64,000 nt of DNA, taken from a virus. Taxonomy: Duplodnaviria > Caudoviricetes. The notes under the pieces were generated by a model. It saw only the letters and a program-made list of their open reading frames with translations. It searched no databases and was not told where the DNA came from. The stretch covers positions 1,290 to 65,289 of the IMG/VR virus record IMGVR_UViG_2540341127_000002; one strand, given 5' to 3'. Position numbers and translations under genes: made by a program. Shown piece after piece: positions 46,102 through 54,429 of this stretch (within the stretch, counting starts at the first letter, position 1; each line of letters begins with the position of its first letter).

Positions 46102-49100
46102 ATGGCCGTGACGATGGAAGTCATCCGAACGTTGACGACGCGCGCACGCACGGAAGGCGTCGACGCGGCGCGGCGCGAGCTTGAGTCCTTCGCCAAGGCG
46201 CAGGACGGCGTCTCGAAAAGCAATGACAACGCCGCGCGCAGCGTGCTGTCGGCGGCGAAATCCTTCGATGCGCTCGAGCGCTCGGTCGATCCTGTCGCCA
46301 AGGCGAACGCCCGCCTCTCCGTGGAGCAGGCGAAGGTGCAGCGCGCGCTGAACGAAGGGTCTGTTTCCGCCGAGCGTGCGGCGAAGGTGCTCAACCTTCT
46401 CGGCGCCCGCCATGAGGCGGCGATCGCGGCGACGCAGCGCCACGCCGGCGCGACCAGCGATTTCACGGCGCGCCTGTCGGAGTGGAGCAGACAAACCAAT
46501 TCCGTCGCGGCGCGCATGTCGCAAACGACGCAGGCGACGAACGACAATGTCAAGGCGGTCGGCCTTGCGCGTCACGAATGGACGAATTTCGGACGCCAGG
46601 TCCAGGACGTCGTGACGATGGGCCTTGGCGGCGCCTCGCCGCTGCAGATCGCCTCAACGCAGGGCGCGCAGTTTTTCGACATCTTCACGTCCAGTTCGGC
46701 GGGCGCCAGCGCGGCGCTGAAGGACGTCGGCGGGGTGGCGCTGCGTCTAGTGCTGAATCCTGTGACCGCGATCGCCGCTGCGGCGGGAACGGCAGCGCTG
46801 GCGATGTTTCGCTGGAAGGAACAGACCGACGCCCTGACGTTCTCGCTTAACGGGCTCGGCCGCCAAAGCGGCATGACGGTTTCGCAGGTCAATCGCATCG
46901 CCGAGGCTGGCGCGGCGGGTGCCGGGATTTCCAATGCCTCGGCGCGCGGCCTCGCCGGTCAGTTTCTTAGTGCCGGCGTCCCGGGCGGAAGCCTGCAGGG
47001 CGCGATCAGCGCCGCGCGTGGCCTGTCGCGTGGTCTTGGCGTCGATCTTGATGACGCCGGCAAGGAGCTCGCCGCCGCGCTTGCTGAGCCGGTTAAGGGC
47101 GCTGACGATCTTGCCAGGAAATACGGCATCGTCTCCTTCGCCGAGCGCGAGCACATCAAGCAGCTTTCGGCTGTTGGCGATCGCGCCGGCGCGTCGGCGA
47201 AGCTGCTTGCCGTGCTCGGCGACCGAATTTCACAGATGCAAGATCCGACGACGGCGTGGGGACGTCTGTTGGACGGCATCGGTAAGCGTATGTCAGACCG
47301 TCTCGACAAGCTCGGGCAGGAAATCGAGGGGCCGAAGACTTTCAAGCAAGTCTTCGATCCACTGCGCCAGGCTGCGGAAAACGAAAAGCGCGCCCAACAG
47401 GATATCGCTGCGGCGCGAGGGCAGGAACTTGGCCGATTGCGCGAGGATTCGGCCTTCGCGGTGCGTGAAATCCAAGCGCGCACATTCGCTGAGCGCGAGG
47501 CTGTAGCGACCGAGCGCGCCCGCACGCAGGTCATGCGGGAAACCCATGACGCTGTGAAAGCATCGATTGCCGCCGAAAGCGAGCGCGCCAAACTCATGGC
47601 GGAGTCGGCGCGCAAGGTCGACGACCTCGCCAGGACATCGGCAGACAGCCTTCGTCTGTCAAAAATGATGCCGTTCGATCGCCGCATGGCGGAAATCGAC
47701 ATCGCCGAACGGGATTTCCGACGGGAAAACCTTCCGAGCGCGGCCACGCCGATGGCGGCGGAGTTCAATACGGCCGGGAGCGCGGCCAAAAACCTCGCCG
47801 CGGCGCTGAATAGTGCAGCAAGCCTCATCTCCCATGAAGGCGGCAGACGCATCATCGGCATTTCCCGTAGCGGCTCTCCGGATGATCCGCGCGGCCTGTC
47901 GGATTTCATCCGGTCGGAAGCGGCGCGGATCGGCATTGATCCGAATGTCGCGCTGCGGGTCGCGCGCAGCGAGGGTCTGAAGGACTTCACCGGAGATAGC
48001 GGCTCATCTTTCAGCGCTTTCCAGCTGCACCGCGGCGGCATCGCCAAGGGCGGCAATGCGGTCAGCGGGCTCGGCGACGACTTCTTTCGCCAGACGGGCC
48101 TCGACCCGAGCAACCCGGCCAATGAGCGCGCCGCGATCACCTATGCGCTCGAGGCGGCGAAGCGCATGGGCTGGACGCCGTTTCACGGCGCGGCGCGCGC
48201 CGGGATCGGCCGATTCGAAGGGATCGGGGCCAACGATAACACTGGCCTCTCGGCGCGCGCTGCCGGCGCGTTCAATGATCAGCGCGAGGCGGCCCGCTTC
48301 GAAGCGATGGTCAAACCGCTTCAGGACGCGAACCGCGAGATCGAGCGCCAGCGCGCCGCGCTGCAATCGCAGGAATCCGCGCTCGGTCGGGCGACGGCGG
48401 AAGTCGCCAAGGCGTCGAAAGAGCAGGAACTGCTCAATCAGATGCAGGCGCAAGGCGTGCCGCTGACTGATCAGCTTCGTGCCTCGATTGGCGCGACGGC
48501 TGAGAATTACGGACGCCTCGCCGCCGAGACGGAAGCCTTCGCCGACAAGCAGCGTCTCATCGTCGGACTCATGGACACGGTCCGTAGCGGCGCGAGCGAA
48601 GGTCTCGGTGGCGTCGCTTCGGCGCTGCTCCGCGGCGCGGATGCCGGCAAGGAACTCGAAAATTCCCTGCAGCGCATCGCCGATCGCCTCGCGCAACTCG
48701 CTATCGACCGATCGATCGAAAGTATCTTCGGTAAAACCGGCTCGGCAAGCGGCGGCATTCTTGGCGGGCTTGTCGGAAGCCTGTTTGGCGGTGGCGGCAA
48801 GGGCACGGGATATTTCAGCGCGCCACTATTCCCCTCGCTCGACATTGGCGGCGTCGTCGGCGCGCCAGGCGGGAAGCACGTCGCTGCGCCGATGTCGGCG
48901 TTTATCGGCGCGCCGCATTTCGCCGCTGGCGGCGCCGTTCCGGTGATCGCGCATGCCGGCGAGGTCATTCTCAACGCCGCGCAGCAGCGCAGCGTCGCGG
49001 CGGCGCTTACTGCCGCGCGTGGGTCGGGCAATGACAGTCGCGGGAGAGAGTCCGCACCCGTCTATGTGAACATCCAAAACGCCCCAGCCGGCGCCCGCGT

Positions 49101-49242
49101 GCGCGAATCGACGGACCAAAAAGGCGGCAAGCGCATCGATATTTCGTTCCCGGAGATGGTCGCGCGCTCCATCGGAGATCCTCGTGTCATGGAAGCTCTG
49201 CGCGCGGCCAATGGCGGCGCCGGCATCGCGCGGAAGTGGTAA
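46102..49242 (+). CDS. Tail tape measure protein
   Basis: 1046 aa Ala-rich helical; QVQDVVT...SPLQIASTQGAQ; internal lytic-enzyme-like segment. Confidence 0.92.
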   Translation: MAVTMEVIRTLTTRARTEGVDAARRELESFAKAQDGVSKSNDNAARSVLSAAKSFDALERSVDPVAKANARLSVEQAKVQRALNEGSVSAERAAKVLNLLGARHEAAIAATQRHAGATSDFTARLSEWSRQTNSVAARMSQTTQATNDNVKAVGLARHEWTNFGRQVQDVVTMGLGGASPLQIASTQGAQFFDIFTSSSAGASAALKDVGGVALRLVLNPVTAIAAAAGTAALAMFRWKEQTDALTFSLNGLGRQSGMTVSQVNRIAEAGAAGAGISNASARGLAGQFLSAGVPGGSLQGAISAARGLSRGLGVDLDDAGKELAAALAEPVKGADDLARKYGIVSFAEREHIKQLSAVGDRAGASAKLLAVLGDRISQMQDPTTAWGRLLDGIGKRMSDRLDKLGQEIEGPKTFKQVFDPLRQAAENEKRAQQDIAAARGQELGRLREDSAFAVREIQARTFAEREAVATERARTQVMRETHDAVKASIAAESERAKLMAESARKVDDLARTSADSLRLSKMMPFDRRMAEIDIAERDFRRENLPSAATPMAAEFNTAGSAAKNLAAALNSAASLISHEGGRRIIGISRSGSPDDPRGLSDFIRSEAARIGIDPNVALRVARSEGLKDFTGDSGSSFSAFQLHRGGIAKGGNAVSGLGDDFFRQTGLDPSNPANERAAITYALEAAKRMGWTPFHGAARAGIGRFEGIGANDNTGLSARAAGAFNDQREAARFEAMVKPLQDANREIERQRAALQSQESALGRATAEVAKASKEQELLNQMQAQGVPLTDQLRASIGATAENYGRLAAETEAFADKQRLIVGLMDTVRSGASEGLGGVASALLRGADAGKELENSLQRIADRLAQLAIDRSIESIFGKTGSASGGILGGLVGSLFGGGGKGTGYFSAPLFPSLDIGGVVGAPGGKHVAAPMSAFIGAPHFAAGGAVPVIAHAGEVILNAAQQRSVAAALTAARGSGNDSRGRESAPVYVNIQNAPAGARVRESTDQKGGKRIDISFPEMVARSIGDPRVMEALRAANGGAGIARKW

Positions 49243-49677
49243 ATGGCGATACCAGACTGGCCGTCTGATCTGCCGCAACGCGTCCTGCGCGATCCGTTTC
49301 GGGATCAAGGGCCGCAAAACCGCATCTTCAACAGGATGGACAATGGGGGCGAGCGTGTCCGGCTCGGGCTCAAGCGCGCGATCAGGAACGTCAATTGCGT
49401 GTTCCTGATGCGGGAAGATCAAGTATTTCGCTTCGAACGCTTCTATAAGGAAGAGATCGGCGAGGGCGTCCGCCAGTTTTCGATCCCGGACCAACGCAGA
49501 GACGGACGCCAGATTCTGCTCAGCGACGGAACGGTGTGGACCGATGACGACGGCGTGCCGATCACCGTCGTCGCCAACTGGCGCGCAAGAATATCCGAGG
49601 AAGGATATGAAATCGTTCCTTTCGGTCTCGACTTTACGGTGAACTTCACGTTGAACGTCCTGGAGGTGTCGCTGTGA
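49243..49677 (+). CDS. Distal tail-like protein
   Basis: WPSDLPQ, MDNG, FERFY...G; follows tape measure. Confidence 0.7.
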   Translation: MAIPDWPSDLPQRVLRDPFRDQGPQNRIFNRMDNGGERVRLGLKRAIRNVNCVFLMREDQVFRFERFYKEEIGEGVRQFSIPDQRRDGRQILLSDGTVWTDDDGVPITVVANWRARISEEGYEIVPFGLDFTVNFTLNVLEVSL

Positions 49678-50174
49678 CGCGGCCGGATCGAGACACGCGC
49701 GCCACGCTCTACGCGCAGGAAAGCGACAAGAAACACGTTCATCTGATCACGATCGCCCATGCCGATCTCGACGCGCCGATTCGCGTCGCTACCGGCAACG
49801 CCGATCTTCTTTCGGAAGATCCCGAGATGTTCGGGACGATCTCGAACGGCGCCGCCTATCAATATATCGCGATGTCGCTGAAGCTCCCCGATGTCCGGCA
49901 AAGATCGCTGCCGATCGGGTCGATGACGATCGCCAACGGAACCGGCGTCATCGCGCTGTTGCGCTCCTTCGTCGCGCCGCCGGCGATTGTCGATATCGCG
50001 ACGGTGTTCGCCGATGCGCCGGACGTCGAGTTTCAGCGGTGGGAAGGCTTCACGCTGCGCGAATTCACCTCGGACTTTCAAAGCGTCACCTTCGATCTGC
50101 GCTACGACCAGCTGTTCAATGAGCCCTACGGGCTCATCATGAGCTACCCGCGCCTGCCGTCTATCCACTACTGA
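49674..50174 (+). CDS. DUF1833-like minor tail protein
   Basis: LITIAHADLDAPIR; LKLPD; APDVE. Confidence 0.75.
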   Translation: MTRPDRDTRATLYAQESDKKHVHLITIAHADLDAPIRVATGNADLLSEDPEMFGTISNGAAYQYIAMSLKLPDVRQRSLPIGSMTIANGTGVIALLRSFVAPPAIVDIATVFADAPDVEFQRWEGFTLREFTSDFQSVTFDLRYDQLFNEPYGLIMSYPRLPSIHY

Positions 50175-50182
50175 GCGTGTCC

Positions 50183-50371
50183 ATGAGCCATCGCATTTGC
50201 GAATATGTTCGGCGCGATGAGCGCGCGGCCTTCGAAGCGCTCGGCTGGACGTTCAAGCTCGATCTCGGTCTGCCGGACGGTTTCGATTCCGTGCTGATGG
50301 AATGGGACGGCGCGACTCCGCCGGCCTATCCCGTGCAAGGCCCCGCGCAGGAAGGCGGAGAAGGCGCGTGA
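50183..50371 (+). CDS. Small hypothetical protein
   Basis: YVR....AFEALGW; SVLMEW. Confidence 0.55.
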   Translation: MSHRICEYVRRDERAAFEALGWTFKLDLGLPDGFDSVLMEWDGATPPAYPVQGPAQEGGEGA

Positions 50372-50691
50372 CCGAGAAAGCAGGAATGCGCAGGTTCAGA
50401 GAGCATCGCGGAAGTCTCGACGAAGCGCTCGAAACGACTTTCGCCTTCAAGACCATCGCGGGTCTGGAGGCGCATATACGCCGTCTCGGCGCGCATAATC
50501 ACGAGCCCATCGTGACGATTGCAGTCGAGTTTTACGGTCGACCCGGCGGATCCGGCGACGATGCCAGGATCGGCTGGAAAAACGTCCATCTCGTATATGT
50601 CAACGGCGTTCCGTTTGGCTGGATGGAAGGGCCATGGACCGACGCGTGGACGCCGTGCGTCGACGTCGCGGGCCGCCAGGACATGGCATAG
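50368..50691 (+). CDS. Hypothetical protein
   Basis: RFREHRGSLDEALET; DARIGW. Confidence 0.6.
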   Translation: MTEKAGMRRFREHRGSLDEALETTFAFKTIAGLEAHIRRLGAHNHEPIVTIAVEFYGRPGGSGDDARIGWKNVHLVYVNGVPFGWMEGPWTDAWTPCVDVAGRQDMA

Positions 50692-50694
50692 CGC

Positions 50695-51102
50695 ATGTCG
50701 CATTGGTCCACCGCCTACATCGGCCTGCCGTTCGCGCATGGCGGGCGCACGCGCGACGGGCTCGATTGCTGGGGGCTGGTCCGCCTCGTCTATGCCGATC
50801 AGCTCGGCATAGAGCTCGACCCGCTCGACGGCTACGCGACGCGGCTTGAACGGCTGCGCATCGCCGGCATGCTTTCCGAACAGGCGGCGCAGGGGCCGTG
50901 GCGGCGTCTCGCCGGCGAGAAGATCAAACCTTTCGACGTGGTCTCTTTCACCATCGCCGGCGCCGCCTCTCATGTCGGCGTCGTCGTCGATTGGCGCGAC
51001 ATGCTGCATGTCACCGAGGGCGAGACGTCAGGGCTCGCCCCGCATTCCGAGGGACAATGGGCGCGACGACTGATTGCGGCTTACCGGCACGTCGACCGTT
51101 AA
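50695..51102 (+). CDS. NlpC/P60 tail protein
   Basis: YIGLPFAHGGR..DGLDCWGLV, HVGV, MLH. Confidence 0.92.
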   Translation: MSHWSTAYIGLPFAHGGRTRDGLDCWGLVRLVYADQLGIELDPLDGYATRLERLRIAGMLSEQAAQGPWRRLAGEKIKPFDVVSFTIAGAASHVGVVVDWRDMLHVTEGETSGLAPHSEGQWARRLIAAYRHVDR

Positions 51103-53909
51103 ACGCGCCGGCGCCGCCGCTGCACGGCGAGCTGCTCGATCCGGAAGACGGCGCGCGCATCATCGTCGCGGATTATTTCCGCTCGGCGCGCCGCGAGTTC
51201 CGCGCCCCGGCCGGGGCGACCATCGCCGAAATCGTCGCGCATGCGCTGCCTGGCGCGAATGAATCGATCTGGCCCTATCTCGCGGTCTATTACGATCTCG
51301 ACTCCGCGGCGCTCGATCGCAAGTTCTGGCGGCTCTATCGGCCTAAGCCCAACGCGACCTTGCTTATCGCCATGGCGCCGGGCCGGGGCGGCGTGCTGCG
51401 GTCCGTGCTGGCGATTGGCGTCGCCGCCCTCGCCATCGCCGCGCAGCAATATTGGGCCGTGTCTTTGGCGCCCGCCTTCGGGCTTGGCGCGGCCGCGACG
51501 ACGGTCGGCTCCGGCATCATCACCGCCGGCGTCACGATCGGCGGCCTGGCGCTTGTCAATGCGCTTGTGCCGCTGAAACGCGAATCGCAAACCCTCGGCC
51601 TGCCGTCCAGCCCGACCTATGCGACGTCGGGCTTCTCCAACGCCATCAATCCAAACGGCGTCTTTCCAAACCCTCTCGGGCGCGGGCGCGTCGCGCTGCC
51701 CTATATCGTCCGCCCCTATTTCTATGCCGCCAACGGCCAGAACTATGTCGCCGGGATTGTCGGCTGCCAGGGCCCGGTCGAAATCTCGAACATCAGAATC
51801 GGCGACACGCCGATCGAGCGGTTCCGCGACATCCAATATGAGGTCCGGCAAGGCCTGCCGGATGACGAACCGTTCACCATCGTCACCGAAAATCTCGCCG
51901 AGGAACGGCGCGAGCCGATGGGTCTGCGCCGCGCCGACACCGCCACGCATGGCCCGCCGTGGCGATTTACGGCGCGGGACTGCACGAGAGTCGAACTGGA
52001 CGTCACCGCCAACGGCGGCCTTTTCGTGATGGTGACGACGACGTTCGGGTCGACGACAAGCACGAACCCGTTCCCCGTCACCGTTCCGCATGTCATTCGC
52101 TACCGCAAAGCCGGAACGACGCCTTGGACGGAAGTTGGATGGGACGTCGGCGGCTATTCCAGGCGCGAAATCACCTTCACGCGGTCGATCGATCTGCCGA
52201 CTCGCGATGTTTACGAATTTCAGCTTGAGCGTCTTCTTGGCGACGTCGACGACCTCAACGCCTGGAACCAAAACCAGCAGTGGCAGACCGAATGCGTGTG
52301 GACGGCGATGCGCTGCTGGCGCCCGGAATATCCGATCAACATGCCGGTTCCGGTGGCGGGCATCGCCTTCAGGCTGCGCGCGACGGATCAGCTCAACGGC
52401 GCGCTGCGCGACTTGAATTGCGAGGTCGCGACGATCGGCTTGGACTATGATGCGGAAACCGAAACATGGGTCGAACGGGCGATCGACAGCCCGGCGTCGC
52501 TCTATCGCCATGTGCTGCAAAGCGCCGCCAATCCGCGCCCGCTCGCGGATGCGAAGATCAATCTGGCGCAGCTCGAAAACGAGACGCATCCCTTCTGTCT
52601 TGAGAACGACATCAGCTATTTTCGCTTCATCGATTATCCGACGACGACATGGGAGGTGCTTCAGGACGTCTGCGCCGCAATGTTCTCGATTCCCTTTTTC
52701 GACGGGGCGAAATGGGGCGTCGTCACCGACTGGCGCAAGGATAAGGTCGTCGGCATGGTCAGTTCGGCCAACGCGTGGAACGTGTCGATGCAGAAACGGT
52801 TCATCGACGCGCTCGACGGCGTCGTCGTCAAATTTTACGACGAAGAAAATGATTTTAAGGAAGCCAATCGCATCGTGCCCTGGCCGGAATTTGCCGGCGA
52901 CGTGATCCGAACCGAACAGATCGAACCCGCCGGCGTCGTCGATGCGCGTCTGGCCTATTGGCACGGTCGCAAGCGCGAATATGAAGCGCTTCTGCGGCCC
53001 GAAACCATCTCTTTCGACATGGACGTCGAGCACATCACCTTCCAGATCGGCGACCGCCTGTCGGCGTCGTTCGACATGCTGACCAGCGAACAGGCGTCGG
53101 GAACCGTGCTGCATGTTTCGGGGTCGATCGTGCAGCTCGATATCGCGGTCGAGATGATCGAGGGCCAATCCTATGTGCTGCGGCTGCGCAAGCTCGCCGA
53201 AACCGAGGACGAAGACACCGATCGCGTCATTGACCGCACCGTGACGACGGTTCCGGGACGAACCTCAGCGCTGTTTTTGACCGGGACCGGCGAAGCGCCG
53301 GCCGAAGGCGATCTCTTCCAATTCGGGCCGTCGATGCATTTTGCGGAAGACGTCATCCCGATCGGCAAGGAGCCGGCCGAAGGCCTGACGTGCAAAATCC
53401 ATGTCGTGCCCTATGCCGGCGCCATGTTCGATCTGATCGAAGACGAAGAAATTCCAATATGGACGCCGCGCGTCGGAGATATTTACGACCCGACGATCGT
53501 CGCGCCGCCGGTTCCCGTTCTCGGGGTGATCATTTCCTATGTGGTCGAGGCGACGCTGGTGTTCGTGCCTGTCGAGACGGGCGCGGGCGGCGGCGAAACG
53601 ACGGCGTTCGAAATTCAGCATCGTCTGGTCGGCGCGGGGTCTTGGACGACCGAGACCATTCCCGCCGGCTCCGGGGGCTTGGAAATTTCCGGCTATGCGC
53701 TTTACGACAGCGTCGAAATTCGCGCCCGCGCGGTCGGCGTCGGCGGATCGCCGCTTTACAGCGCCTATACGGCGACGGCGCTGCATGTCGTCTCCATCAA
53801 CACGACATCGGATTTCGGCTCGATCGAAGACGCCGCCGATGTCCTGGTCGATTTCGGCTCGATCGCTTCGGACGAGGATCAAACCAATGATTGGGGCGTG
53901 ATGGCATGA
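51099..53909 (+). CDS. Tail tip / host-specificity (J-like) protein; start uncertain
   Basis: NIRIGDTPI, ATDQLNG, DGAKWGVV.D; C-terminal FN3-like segment. Confidence 0.85.
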   Translation, partial: LNAPAPPLHGELLDPEDGARIIVADYFRSARREFRAPAGATIAEIVAHALPGANESIWPYLAVYYDLDSAALDRKFWRLYRPKPNATLLIAMAPGRGGVLRSVLAIGVAALAIAAQQYWAVSLAPAFGLGAAATTVGSGIITAGVTIGGLALVNALVPLKRESQTLGLPSSPTYATSGFSNAINPNGVFPNPLGRGRVALPYIVRPYFYAANGQNYVAGIVGCQGPVEISNIRIGDTPIERFRDIQYEVRQGLPDDEPFTIVTENLAEERREPMGLRRADTATHGPPWRFTARDCTRVELDVTANGGLFVMVTTTFGSTTSTNPFPVTVPHVIRYRKAGTTPWTEVGWDVGGYSRREITFTRSIDLPTRDVYEFQLERLLGDVDDLNAWNQNQQWQTECVWTAMRCWRPEYPINMPVPVAGIAFRLRATDQLNGALRDLNCEVATIGLDYDAETETWVERAIDSPASLYRHVLQSAANPRPLADAKINLAQLENETHPFCLENDISYFRFIDYPTTTWEVLQDVCAAMFSIPFFDGAKWGVVTDWRKDKVVGMVSSANAWNVSMQKRFIDALDGVVVKFYDEENDFKEANRIVPWPEFAGDVIRTEQIEPAGVVDARLAYWHGRKREYEALLRPETISFDMDVEHITFQIGDRLSASFDMLTSEQASGTVLHVSGSIVQLDIAVEMIEGQSYVLRLRKLAETEDEDTDRVIDRTVTTVPGRTSALFLTGTGEAPAEGDLFQFGPSMHFAEDVIPIGKEPAEGLTCKIHVVPYAGAMFDLIEDEEIPIWTPRVGDIYDPTIVAPPVPVLGVIISYVVEATLVFVPVETGAGGGETTAFEIQHRLVGAGSWTTETIPAGSGGLEISGYALYDSVEIRARAVGVGGSPLYSAYTATALHVVSINTTSDFGSIEDAADVLVDFGSIASDEDQTNDWGVMA

Positions 53910-54310
53910 CGACGCAGGTCCAGAGGCGCCGCGGCACGGCGGCGCAGCACGCTTCATTCACCGGCGCGATCGGCGAGCTCACCGTCGACACGACGAACAA
54001 GCGCGTCGTCGTGCATGACGGGTCGACGGCCGGGGGATTTCCGGCGGCGAAGCTTTCGGAAGCCGTTCTGAAGGCCGATACGAGTTATTCCATTTCAGGA
54101 AATCAGGTCGTCGGCCCCCGGATCACGGGATGGGGCGCGCCGTCAGGGACGTTGGACCGAACGGCATGGACGTCCTATGCCGGACAAACCGTCAGCGTGG
54201 GCTATGTGCAGGCGGAGGCGCAGGCGACCGACGATGCGGTCAAGAAAGTTTCGCAAGAATTAGCCGCGCTAATCACCGATCTCCGAACGCACGGATTGAT
54301 CGGAACCTGA
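53906..54310 (+). CDS. Short tail-fibre-type protein
   Basis: VQRRRGTAAQHASFTGAIGELTVDT...VVHDGSTAGGFP. Confidence 0.78.
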   Translation: MTTQVQRRRGTAAQHASFTGAIGELTVDTTNKRVVVHDGSTAGGFPAAKLSEAVLKADTSYSISGNQVVGPRITGWGAPSGTLDRTAWTSYAGQTVSVGYVQAEAQATDDAVKKVSQELAALITDLRTHGLIGT

Positions 54311-54429
54311 TTTCTCACAGGGCTCATTGAAAGTCCGCGTCGCCTAGGCGGCCACCCTCAACAAACTCTTGGACCATTCACGCCGCTGCGCATCCGCGCG
54401 GCGCGACGACTCGCATCTGAGGACGACAC

